Of a DNA stretch of 64,000 bases, positions 40,013-53,816 are shown piece by piece. The notes below the pieces were generated by a model that did not search any database, was not told where the DNA came from, and worked only from the letters and a program-made list of their open reading frames with translations. Every line of letters starts with the position of its first letter. The stretch's first letter is position 1. The translations under genes and the position numbers were made by a program. The stretch comes from Octopus bimaculoides (lineage: Eukaryota), in the NCBI RefSeq assembly GCF_001194135.2, contig NC_068998.1, positions 19,446,252 to 19,510,251 of the forward strand. The letters are read 5' to 3'.

Positions 40013-43000
40013 TATATATATATGAGTGAGTGAACAAACAAAAGAAGGACACTCAACATGTTTATTGGGAGTTACATTATTGGGATCAGAACAGTTTGAT
40101 TCAAATTCGTTGGTACTCTGAGAGTTTCAAGTGTAATGCTAATCTTCAGCCATTTTGAATTTGAGTGAAAGTAGTTGATTGTTATTACCATAAGGCAGGC
40201 TGCAATTGGTCGAGGAAGGTCACGTGGTGTTGTGGTTTGATGTTAGTATAACCATATATCAGTGATGACAGTTAGTTCGAAAACACTGCATTGTGAACAG
40301 CAAATCAACCACATAGTGGACAGGAAATCGACTGCGTGGCGGAGAAGAAATTGGTCAGGTTGTTGGAGGGGAGGTAGGAAGGGGCGGTTTGTGCAAGTAT
40401 ATAGTTGTATATGTGGGTGTGTGGATGCTCTCATAAGATTTTGTGTGCATGTTTGTATTGATATGAGCATGCACATCTGTACATGGGCATGCACTTTGTG
40501 AAAAGTAATTATTTTTATTGTTTTGAATTAATCATGCATTATATTGTAGTTTTTGAGATTTTGATGAGGTAACTTAATTTTTAGAATGATACTGTAAGGC
40601 TGATGTGAGAGGCCCGATCTGCCCAGTTTGACTATAATACAGGTGGAATATTTTGACAGGATATGGCCAGATTAAATCGTAAAGGGTTAATGATGTCATT
40701 GCGAACACAGAATTGGAATGAGATATCTTGTTATGTTGGTCACGGGTTGGAAAATCCATCCTGCTAGTACTAAATGATTGATTTGAATAACATAAACAAT
40801 AGATATGTGGTGGCTAGTTTGACAGAGAGATGGGAAATATCAACCCACTAGAGCAATTGATAGCACTGATGTACAGCAAGTACTGAATAAAGAGTTCAAA
40901 TTTCATCACTGGGGCTATTGCACTTTTTCCCGACCTGAAATTGCTTATTATAGCCAATGTCATTCAGATTAAAGCCTCAGTAGTTATAACAGCTAATCCT
41001 AAAACCAAGGTGCTTTGTAAAAAGCACTGGTGTTGGTCCCATGTAAAAAGCATTGGTGATGGTGCCATGTAAAAAAGGACCCAGTACACTGTGTAAAGTG
41101 GATGGTATTAGGAAGGGCATCTGGCTGTAGAAACCAAACCAAAACAGACTATGAAACCAGGTGCAACCCCTGGCTTTGCCAGTTACTGTCAAGTCATTCA
41201 ACTCATACCAGCATGGAAACTAGACATTAAATGTCGATGATGATGATTTAAAAGACTACTTCTTTATAAATCTGAAGCAGTAAGTCATTGTTAGAAATCA
41301 TGCTGATATACATGTGTTCTTCAGGCAACTGGATCTGAGTTTTTACTTTAAGGTTCAAAAAATAAATTAAATCACGTGTTTGCTTAAGAGCAACCCAAAT
41401 GATACTAGTCTACTGACAGAAAAGAATAGACAATACTAAGAATATGTAGTGACAACAACTAACTTATTCTGAAAAAATATATACCTGGCTTTTCCAAATT
41501 GATAGAGAGAAGAAACAAGAGGAAAAAATTCTGAGATCTTGCATGATTTTCTATCCATAGATATGAAAAATTATGTATCTTACTTAAATAGAAAGAAGTT
41601 AATTACTTACAGGAGAAATCCTGATGCTGAAGGTAAATTCCACCTAGGTAAGCACCGACTGACATGTCAAATGTTCTCAGAACAACATTAGTACCAAGAG
41701 TTAAGACAAAGAAGTCTAGTAGAGGAAGTTCTTTGCCCTTTATTGTCTGTGCAATCTTTAGTCGGACCTGATAGAAACAAAGACAATTTAAGTAAGTAAA
41801 AAAAAACCGTCATGATAATCTGTGGAAATAATGGATAGGCATTAAAGAGTTCAAGTTATTTACCTCTTTGATTTCAAATTTCAGTTCCATATCAGTAAGG
41901 TTGATATAGTCTGCAGAGGATCTTGAAACCATAGACTTTTTAGTTTCTGGTTGTGACTAGACAAACATAAAACAAGAAGGGTTTTAGTTACATGTTATTT
42001 AACCTTATATTATTCAGATTATTATGTCAAATGTAATGTTTGTTTATTCACATTCTTTTTGATTAATCATGCATTATTTTGTAGCTTCAAAATGTTAATG
42101 ATGTGGCTGTTTATTTTTAGAATGACATTACAGGGTAGGTATGACAGACCAGATCTGGTTGCTTTAAAAATAAAACAAGCAGAATATTTCATCACCTGGC
42201 ACAAGGTCACTGCCTCCAATAGCCCCTCCCCTCTCAAAGGATCTTTGTCTTGCAAGTTACTTTGGTAACTCTGCCATTGCTGGTGTCACTAAGAAGACAT
42301 GAAGTCCACACTGAAGGGTATCCAGCTGTAAAAACCATGCCAAAACTGACCTCACCTGTGCTGGTGCCACATAAAAAGCACTCAGTCCACATCCAGCCAA
42401 AACAGACACTGAAGCCTGGTGCAGTCTTCTGCCTAGCCAGCTCCTGTCAAACTATCCCAACCCATACTAGCACGGAAAGCAGATGTTGAATGATGATGAT
42501 GATGATATGACTGGTTTAAATGCTAAAGGGTTAAAGAAATAAGTCAATCTATTGACAATATCTTCTTCAATATTTATTGTGAACAACCAGCTACAAGCTG
42601 TTGTGGTTGTTGCAATAGAAATTCTGTTACAATTCAAGTTGAATTAGCAGAAAGTCTTCAATTTGAATTGAATAACGATTTAAAACTGCTGAGGGAGAAC
42701 TTGGTTATAAAGACTGTGCCTTGGGCAAGTTTGGTAGAGTAGTTTGCTTTCCCTTTAGAAGATGGATCCACACTGTAAGTGCTGTTCCAATGGAACCAGG
42801 TTACAAGCTCAAACTCTGCTACAACCGTTAAGATGTTTGTAGGCAAAGCTTACCAAGTTACATTTCATAAATATGACAGTAGTAAGGACATCCAACAGTA
42901 AAAACTGGTTTCTCCAACAGTAAAAACATAAGCTCAGCCCTTACTCATATATACAGAATTCCCAAAAACTAAGCTCCTAGTATAGTTAAAATGATGAAGG

Positions 43001-46000
43001 GAAAATAAAGTGAAAAAAAAATTCTTTTCTTTCAATATCATATAGGATACTAATGTTTAAAATGCAAGTTTTAATACTGTACACATGGACTTCAAATTCC
43101 ACTGAGGTCAACTTTGCCTATCATCCTTTTGGGGTTGGTGAAATAAGTACCAGTTAAACACTGGGGTTGATATAATCACCTTGCCCCCTCCCCTGAAATT
43201 GCTGGCCTTCAGTCAAAATTTGAAACTAATATTGTACATATGAGTTTATAGTAAGATCCTTCAGTACAATAAATATATCATATATTACAGTCTTTTAAAT
43301 GATAATTTTTCACTCCATAAAGCTTCTAATATCCAATATCAATTTTAGGCTTTAAGAATTCTATTTTAAATTTCAAAACTCAAGAATATTACTGAGAATA
43401 AGAAATATAAATCCATATAACTCACTTGTAAAGTTGCTGTCGAAATGTTTGCACTTGCAGATGGTAGTTGACTGGGGCCCTGAAAATGGAGAAAAACACA
43501 AAAAATTGTTTTAATACCTTTAGTCACTAACTGTAGTCATTAGAAAGAAGGTACATTATTTCATTGTGATTTCTAGTTGTAACATTTAATATCATTCATG
43601 TAAAAAAAAAAGAAAAAAATGAAATACACACACATACACACATTGAAAAATATGGCAAAGAATGGCAGTTTTTCTTGTTGTTTCCTGCATCAGATGAAGG
43701 AATCAATAACTGCAACAAGTGGCAAAGTACTGAACTGGAACAAACCCACACTAATATGTAAAAATAGATGTAAAATAATAACAATATACTGCTAATCTAT
43801 CGTTTTTGTATAATTTTGAAAATTTATAACAATTCAATAATTTATTTTCTAAACTGACAAAGAGTATCTATTCAATTCAGTTTTATTCTGTTTTCAGTAA
43901 AATAAAGCTAGAGATAAAGCAATTGTTTATAAGAATAAAAGTCAACAAAACCCAATCTTTTTCATTTCCTTTTTTTAATATGGATTTAAATCATTGCATC
44001 AATTCTACTAAGTTCTCTGGTCTTCAGAGTGTGACCTCTCCTTTTTTGGTAAAGTCTTTTAGTGTAAGAACATCTATGTAACACAAGGAACTGTTATTTT
44101 CTAGTCTCAGGTTGGCTCTGATTGTGCAGGCTTATACTCAGACATTTCAAACCTGCCTATATATTTCTTCATTCAAATGTATTGCATCTAGGACTATTAT
44201 ATTGTATGTTTTTCAAGACAACAGGGTGTGATTTGGCTGCTATTTCTGACAAGTCAAATGACTGCACAGAAGCTCTTTCATTGGTTCATAGTCACTAGGG
44301 TATCTAATGTTATGGCAGCCATATTGGAGGTAGTCACTGAAGAAGGAATTTAAAAGTAAGCTGTTGTAGGCAGTAGTCGTCGTTTATAATCATTTCCATC
44401 ACTGTGTATTTTTTCCTCACCATATTACTCACCTTAAAAATGTCTTCTTCTGGAGGTGGAGGTTCAGATTCAGGAAAAGGAATACTCTGAAGGAGTTGAA
44501 GAATTGCTTGTAGTTTGTGGTCAGAGATACTCAGACTCAGTAATGGCAGCTCTCCAAAGGCTTTCATTCTAATCAAATAGATATGAATAATTAGTCATTT
44601 ATTCATAAAACTGGAAAGGGGAATGAAGATTTTGCTTCAGCTTGCTGTAATACTCGAACTTATTCCAAGATTGTAATTACATTATAGGAAGATTTTTTGG
44701 GGATGGGGGAATTCAAACATATATGCTATCTTCCACCAAAAAAAAAAACCAAAAACAAAAACCAAAAAAAAACCATCAAAGATAATCAGAAAATTGCACA
44801 AGAAATTCCTTCTCTAAAAGAAGAATTGTTACTGAGCTATAGATACGCAACAAGACTTTCAATACAGTTCACAACTGAAAAGGAAAAGGACGATAGATAA
44901 ATTGGCCTTTTTGAATGTGCTGATAACACATTCAGAGTGTGGACTCATGATGTCTGTATATCACAAGTTCACATTTACCAGACAATACTTGAATTTTGAT
45001 TCCCACCATCCATACAGCATTAAGGGATCACCTGTGGCTTACAGCATCAAGCATAACTCATAAGTGCTTCTCCAACATACACTAAAAAAGTGATGATCAA
45101 AATAAAGAAAACCCTTCAGAGGAACAACTACTCTGCAAGTATAGCACCAGCTTCCAAAAACAGGAACATAAAGGTAGAGAATCATCATTTAACGTCCATC
45201 TTCCATGCATGCATGGGTAAAACGGTTGACAGGAGCTGGCCAGGTAGAAGACTACCCTAGGCTCTGTGTCTGTTTTGGCAGGGTTTTTACAGCTGGATAC
45301 CCTTCCTAGCATCAACCACTCTGCAAAGTGGACTCAGTGCTTTTTACGTGGCACTAGCACAGGCAAAGTCAGTTTTGGCACGATTTTTACAGTTGGATGC
45401 CCTTCCAAACGCCAACCACTTTACAGTGTGCACTGGATGCTTTTTACACAGTACCAGCACCAACAAGGGTACCAAGTAACTTGCAAGACAAAGAATTTTG
45501 AGAATGTTAATCAAAATCTGTCACAATCTGTCTACCTTTCATTAGAAGCATATCAGGAAAAGTTCCCAAGATCTGTTGATCATACAACATTTGGAAAGTA
45601 TTCAAACGCTTTGGTGACATCTCTCCTTTTAGAAGAGACAATGTTCCATATTCCTTTCCCAGAGTGATGCAAAACTGATCAGGGGAGACAACCATAAAAA
45701 TAAAACACCTTTAATTTTTATTTCAATAAATAAATAGATAAAAAGGTTAATTAGAATAAAGAAAATGTCTTCACTTACTTAGCAAGTTGTACTTGATTAT
45801 CAAACATGCATTTTTGAAATAGCAAGTTGATAGAAATAGGTTCCAAGATGTGCATTTTTGATTTTCCTTCTTTTCTGGCAGATTGCCAATCCTCTCCTTT
45901 ATGATACAACAAAATAGAGAAAATAAATAACAGTTTATTTTTATAATGATAATTAAAAGAAATAATTGCAAACATAAGCATAAGGCCACACATTTTTGGA

Positions 46001-46802
46001 GTGGAAAGAGTTGATAATAATGGCCTTAGTATTTGAATGCACATCCATGAAAATTTTTGTGCCAGTAAGCTGCATCAGTTCCCAGCTGATATGCTGAGAG
46101 TACAGACATGCAATGTGTGCTTATTGAATTTTCATTTTCATGCAACATGACTGACTGCATCGAGCAGAGACCATAAATTCATGTTTCATGACCAGTGATG
46201 ATAGTCTTCACAAAGTCTGTGTCATGGTTTGTATAGTCCAGCATGTCTTGAGTGATTTCCATGTGGAGTTTGCTTCCCCACTTTGGGGACAAATTTTACT
46301 CACATTCTTTGCATGCACATATACTCTGTTAAAATGGATCCTGTGCTTATCTCCACTTCATGAGTAACTTCCTGGATTGTTACATGATGGTCTTCCATGA
46401 CTATTTGCCAAACCTTCTCAATCAGCTCCTCGTTTCAGCTTGCGGAAGCCTACTTGAGTGTACCTTGTTCCCCATTAGGTATAGCTCTGTTTGGAGCAGT
46501 TGTACTAATTCTTGACTTGAGTTTTGTCCCTGGCATCATCGCCAAAAGCTTGCTGAGTGTTCTGGATGGTTTGAGCTTGAGTATCACCAAGCTTTTGGTA
46601 AAACTTGTAGCAATATCTCTGCTCAGTATGTTCGGTGAAAACAAAAATCTGCCGAGTGCACACTGCACTAGTACTCTAGGCATAACAGCCAGGAACTGAC
46701 ATGGCCTACCAGTGCAAAAATTTTCCTGCATGTGCAAGGGTTTTACTCATGCACCATTGGTCTTGGCAGGAAAAGTAAAGTTGGATACTTTTTAAATACA
46801 CC

Positions 46803-46861
<59 letters not shown>

Positions 46862-48664
46862 GTTTTTTAGTGATGAAAATTAATTGTATTCAAAATACAC
46901 GGAGAAATTTGGCTTTAGATAGTAAATTTTACATGCTGCTATACTTCATATATGTATATAGACTAAAAACAAAAATGAAGGCTGGCAATACTGAATATAA
47001 TGTAAAAGTTTTACCTGGCTTAACAAGTAACATTTGAATATTGTCAAGTTGAATATTGAACTTGTCGTAGGCTGACTGGAGCAATTCTTCAACTGTTGAC
47101 TAGAAAATATAAAAAAAAGTTTTAAGAAGCTTAGATATTATTCTAGGCAAAAAGAAAAAAAGAATTGAGGATTTAGAGGTCTTGCCTCCTGGGTGTTCCT
47201 TTATTCAATCTGTTCTTAGATCACATGAGTAAGATAGCCAAAAAATGTCTATGCATCTGCATAAGCTATTTTCCTTATCTGCCAACAAAGAGATCCCCCC
47301 CACTAAACATGAAAATTAAATTTTGGGTGAAATTAATTAAAAAATTTTTAAAAAAAGTATTTTCCTTTTTCTTTGACAGTCCCTAAACTAGGTTTTTGTT
47401 TTCTTTCTCCAGCTAAGAGGTAAATTTCAGTTCACTGAGGATATTGTTTTTGGCATATATCATCCAGTACATCATCACCAACCTGAATTATCTAAATTCA
47501 TGCCAATGGTCCACTTGAGTCATTTCTCTTAGCTAACTTTTTGTAAAAACTACTAAGTGGTATCAAAAAGTTTCCGGACTAGCTATGTAGAGCACCAACA
47601 GATGGCAGCACATGGTTGCATGCATAGTGAAAGTTAACAGTGTCTTTATAAGGCAGTGTGCCAAGTGACATCGTTGCTGTGTTTACTTTGCAAGTTGTGA
47701 AATTTGTGCTTTTGTAATCATGTGTATGCTGTAGTCTGCGATTTTGTCATGGACAGGAACAAAGAGCCAATGTGAAATTTAGCGTTGAACTTGGGAAATC
47801 TGCTACAGGGACATCGAGCATGCTTTGGTAAGCCTATGGTGATGAGGAAATGGGTCATATGCAATGTTTTGAGTGGCACAGGCATTTCAAAAGTGGAAGA
47901 ATGTCCCTGGAAGATGATGAGCAATCTGGAAGATCTGACATGAGCATCATCTCTGGAAATGTGGTATTGTGCATTGAGAATTCATCCTCCAGGACCAGAC
48001 CATCAATCAAGAGTTCTACTGCGATATTTTGAAGCATTTGAAGGAGAACATTCATCAAAAGTAACCAGATCTGTGGAGCACGAAAAATTGGATTCTCCGT
48101 GATAGCAATGCACCTTGTCACTGAGTTCTCCTCAGTTGTGAGTTTCTCACCAAAAGCAACATAGTATCGCCTCTGCACCTGTCCTATTCACCAGGTTTAG
48201 CACCTGCGGACTTCCATCTCTTCCTCAAGATGAAAATGCAGCTCAAAGGTTGCTGATTTAACACCATTGTCAAGAATCACAAAAGGTCCTCGAATGCCTA
48301 AGGAAAACAACTTCCAGGCCAGATTCCAAAAGTAGCAGAAATGCTGGGACTGGTGTATTGCTGTGCAAGGAGACTATTTCGAAAGAGATAATATTAGAAC
48401 TTAGGTAAATAAGTTATTTTTTGTAAAACATAACTAGTCTGAGAGCCTTTTGATCCCAATTTGTATACAGTTGACCTGCCAATGTAAACAGTTACAGCTT
48501 TAGCAAACAACTTCTTTACAAATCAAAAGCTATATTATGAGCAAATTCAAAATATACTGTAGCTATGACAGCGTTGATATAGAATATTTGTGAGTGGTCA
48601 CAGAAGACAAGTTAAGCACATGATTAATAGACCTAATTATTTGAAGTTATTCATAATTTGAATG

Positions 48665-48695
<31 letters not shown>

Positions 48696-49882
48696 CACAA
48701 GGACTATATAATAGAGTAAGATGAAATTAAGTGACATGTGATTAATAATAATCATGTGATAACTATGTGCTGAATATAAAATATATACACAGCTGTTAAA
48801 CCACACTAAATATTGATCCCCTTTTGATAAGTATAAGACCAAATATTTTTGCAAGAGAACTGATTAAACCCAGTGCATTACTGATATTTATCTGCTTTTT
48901 AATCATTCTTGAGGTGATTTATTCAAGGCAACAAGCTTTGAATTCAAACTGTAAAAGCTAAAAACTAATTACTTTAAGGGTAATTTAGCACATTATTACA
49001 ATTTCTGTCTACTTGCTTGCTGTTTTAAATATTATGGAATATTGTATTAGACCTGCGTGAAAGTATTTCAAATATAATATTACACACAAATTAGTGGTTT
49101 GTTTGTGCAAACTGTGCAATGCTGTGAAATATATAATAATTACCTGTGATACACTGATATCTGAGGTGTTTTTTTCACTGTTTACTTTCAAGTTACCAAG
49201 GTCTAGGATAAGTCGACGAGCATTTCTAGATGAAAAAAGGAGATTACATTAGGGAGTTGAAACTGTACTCATTATGCATTTTTCTTTTAACTGAAAAAAT
49301 AAATAATAAACAGATATTTCACTTTTTATCCACTCCACTTGCTGGGATGTATCAAAGATTTATTGAAGATTATCTCAGTTTTCAAGGTACTAAGTGCTTT
49401 GGAAAGCATTTCTCTCTTTGGGACACTATCACAGACTTTGATCATAAGAAAATTTGAAGAGAGCACTCATTGTAAGGTAATGAAACACTTGTCAATTATA
49501 CCATGCACATAGCCATGAAATATACCTCTATGGTACCTATTTATAACTAAGTGGGCTAAGCCATAAAAAATTAAGAAACCTGGCCCTAGATACAAAACAG
49601 TGCTGATGAAAAGATGCAAAACATATCAGTACATTATTTTAATGATAATAATAATAATAATAATAATAATGGTTTCAAATTTTTCCACAAAGGCAGCAAT
49701 TTTGGGGAAGGGGATGAATAAATTATATCAACCCCAGTGTTCAACTGGTACTTATTTTATTGACCCTGGAAGGATGACAAGCAAAGTCGACCTTGGTGGA
49801 ATTTGAACTCAGAATGTAAAGATGGACGAAATGCCGCAAAACATTTTTCTTGATGTACTAACGATTCTGCTAGCTCACCGAC

Positions 49883-49944
<62 letters not shown>

Positions 49945-51832
49945 TATGATAAAAACTTTCAAGTGTAGGCACAAGGCCTGAAAATTGGGAGAAGAAGAAT
50001 AATTGATTACATCAATGCCAGTGTTCAACTGGTACTTATTTCATTGATCCCAAAAGGATGAAAGGCAAAGGTGGCATTTGAACTCAGAATATAAAGACAG
50101 AAGAAATGCTACTAAATATTTTGTCCATTGTGTTAATGATTCTGCCAGCTTGCCACAATAATAATAATTAATAATAATAATAATAATGGCTTCAAATTTT
50201 GGCACAAGGCCAGCAAGTTTGGGGGAAGGGGTAAATCAATTACATCAACCCCTGTACATAAGTGGTACTTATTTTATTGACCCCGAAAGGATGAAAGCTA
50301 AAGTCAACCTTGGCGGAATTTGAACTCAGAAAGTAAAGCCAGAGGAAATGTTGCTAAGCATTTTGCCCAGCATGCTAATGATTCTGCAAGGTTGTCATTG
50401 TTACCGCTCTCCTCATTCACCTCAGCATTCAGACCACACAGGAGCAAAAGCAACATACTAACACACTTTCAACTTGTGCATTTGACCAACAGAAAATGTC
50501 AACAAACAATATATTAAATCCATCATTGACTACACCAGTCCTGTGAGCTTGAATTTCTTCACAAACTACAGAGAACAAAAAAACAGCACATTGTACACCA
50601 CATCCACAGATCACTGATACTATAAAACAAAAGCTCTTTCGAGTCAAATTTATGTTGTTCTTACATATGTTTCAAAAATAAATTGCATAATTATAAAAGA
50701 AGGAATAGATAATTACTTTCGATTGAAGCCACTTTCAGGAACGATTACATAAGAAGACTTCAAATAAACACAAATGTCAGTGAATTTGTGTTGCTCAATT
50801 GCATGTTTTAGTCCAGTGGTAGATAGCTGTTTCACCTCATTAAATTTAGCCATTGCTGCTTGTGACAACCTGTGAAATAAAAAAAGAAAAGAAAAGTTAT
50901 GAGGTCCTTTTGCAATCGACAAAGCGGAAAATATTTCTCATTAATACAAAGATTTTGATTTACTTGAGTTATTTAAGTTACTCCCCTTATAGGTTAAATT
51001 TATCATATGGAAGACTAATTCAGAGAACACCTCCTTGATAACGTCCTAAAACCTTGGGCCCTTGTAAACTCATCGCACACATTTTAACTTCTATAGGCCA
51101 CTCCCATCATCACCTTTCTGCCTTTGGTTTATTCCTGCACCATGGTCCCTTTCCCACATGCTACTCCATGAACACAAACTGATTTTCCAACTGGGAGCAT
51201 TCTCTCCTTTTGGTATCAACAACTATTTATTTTTTTCTCTAATTTCTTTGCTACTTCTTCCACACCTACACCCCTCAATAGATACAAATGCACAAACTCA
51301 CACAATCAGCTCACCAACACATGTGCTCACTGCTGCTACTAACTTCTTTTTTTGCACATATTCAACATTTTTACCAAATATCCATCTTCACTACTCCAGA
51401 AACAATAGATCTGCCAAAGTCATTTTATTCATCTGTACTTACTGTGGCTAAAATATTTAATAAATCTCTTAATTTCTTTTTAAAAATCTGAATAATTGAG
51501 ACATTTTCTACTTACTGTGTGATTTTTTTATCACACAAAAAAATTTAATGAAAGTAAGTAATTCACACTAACTGTTTCAAATAGACTGATTCGGGTGGTT
51601 TGAAAAATACAGCCAAGGCATTGACAGTTACCTAGAAAAAATAATAACAATGTTCTGTTTTAAATAAGAAAATGACAAAAACAATACATTATTGAAAATG
51701 ATTTCAAAATATATTTCACTTTTAATAGATACAAATATCTGGTTCCAAAGAGAAAGAAAAAAGTATATAGTTATATAGTTAAAATAATTATTTCTTAATT
51801 TACAAATCAAAGACAGAGTAGTAACCATTGTC

Positions 51833-51867
<35 letters not shown>

Positions 51868-53784
51868 CCCGCATAGAATGACGTTACAGAGAGAACTGTA
51901 TAAGATTAAATATTATTAATACTATTCAACAACAGTTTGAATTGTTGTCAATTAGTGGTGAAAGAGGGAAGAAATTTGTTGAATCTTCCTTCCTTAGAGC
52001 GAAATTTCTCAAAGATTTAGTACAAGATATGAAGTTGAGTAGGTGGCAAGAGTGTGAAGGAAGAAAGAGGTCTGACTGAATTTAAAGAAGGATAGTATAG
52101 AGTAAATAAATTTAGTAAAAGAGGAAGACATAAATAGACAGAGGGAAAGATTTATCTAGCAGAACATTGTTATCAAACAAATAACTTTTTTAACATGTTT
52201 ATTGTTTTAGGAAGGTGAATCATTTCTTTAGTATCCTGATCATTTTTTTCCAAAAATAAAATTACATCTTAATCAATATATTCTGATTCTTCTTTTTCAA
52301 GTGCCATTTTTTAATCTGTCTTTTCTGTTTTACTCATTTTAGTCATTGGGTTGTGGTCATGCTGGGGCACTGCCTTGAAGGGTTTAGTCAAACAAATCAA
52401 CCTGAATACTTATCTTTTAAAGTCTGGTACTTATTCTATTGGTCTCTTTTGCTGAACTACTGAGTCATGGGGATATACACAAACCAACACTGGTTATCAA
52501 GTCTGTGTCAACCCTTTAATATTCAGATTACTCTGCCAAATGTAATGCTTATATATTCATATTCTTTTGAATAAATCATAGTTTATCTCATAGCTTCAAG
52601 ATTTAAATGATGTGACATATGCCAGTGACACATAAAAGGCTTCTGTACAGGTGACACGTAAAAGGTACCCATGCCAGTGACATGCAACAGGTACTCATGC
52701 CAGTGATATGTAACAGGTACCCATGCCAATGATATGTAACAGGTACCCATGCCAGTGATATGCAACAGGTACTCATGCCAGTGATATGTAACAGGTACCC
52801 ATGCCAATGATATGTAACAGGTACCCATGCCAGTGATATGTAACAGGTACCCATGCCAGTGACATGCAACAGGTACTCATGCCAGTGATATGTAACAGGT
52901 ACCCATGCCAATGAGATGTAAAAGTCAACCAGTACACTCTATGGTGTGGTTGGCTGTAGGTATGGCATGCAATCATAGAAACCAAGCCAAAACAGACTGG
53001 AACCTGGTGCAGCTCTCTGGTTTACCAGCTCCAGTAAAAACATCTTACCATACCAGCATGGAAAATGAATGTTAAATGATGATGATTATTATTTATTTTC
53101 AGAATGACACTGTAGGGTAGGTGTGAGAGGCCAGATCTTGCCAGTTTGAACATAAAACAAGTAGAATATTTGGGACAGACTTACCAAAAATCCTCTATTC
53201 TGACCTTTAGAAACTACTCAGTCCTTTCTTTGTAAGACTTTTCACATATGTGTGGAATGTTATAAGAACTGAATTGTGTGCCTGCCATCTTGGTGATAAA
53301 ATATGTAAAATGTGGTGTTACTTTCGAACATCTCTCTGATGTTCTGATGTGTTGTAAATTTTGAAATTTCTTAGCCAGTCTTCTTCAGTGAGGTAAAGTT
53401 ACAGTGGATTTAGTTTTAGATTTTGTATGTTATTGAAGGCTTTATATGATGAACTGGGGATTTGTTTTTTTAGATTGCTTATTTGTTTTCTTTACTGAAA
53501 AAACAACCATCACAGAATTGTGAAATGCGTCGAACACCAGGAAAAAAATATGTACCAATAAATCAGTACAAGTTCAATATGCTAACAACTATTTCTTGTT
53601 TTGTTTTGGAGAAGTATATTGTAGTTTATTGAATCAAAATCATTAAATAAACTGTCAATTTATTTTATCAACACCAAAATATAAAAGGTAAAGCTGATTC
53701 TAGTTATCGTACAGCATTTATAGTAAGGCAGTATACTATCTTAGTCCCTCTAATGTTCTCTTGTGGTTCTAATAAGCACATATC

Positions 53785-53816
<32 letters not shown>

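Noticed and set aside
45893-45899. AAG-GAG tandem acceptor (NAGNAG) at w13
   Set aside because: It would change only one residue, GAG is a very poor acceptor, and there is no supporting evidence.
46397-46737. ORFs of 100 aa (+) and 95 aa (-) that look unique
   Set aside because: They are off-frame or antisense readings of a decayed mariner transposase.
52665-52924. Regular 26-bp repeats as a possible CRISPR array; ORFs with a 26-aa period
   Set aside because: The units are contiguous with no spacers, there are no cas genes, and the context is a eukaryotic intron. The ORFs merely reflect the 78-bp period.
53184-53203. Strong gtaagt donor with an upstream aag acceptor (20-nt micro-exon)
   Set aside because: Poor pyrimidine tract, frameshifting length, and it sits at the edge of a MITE.
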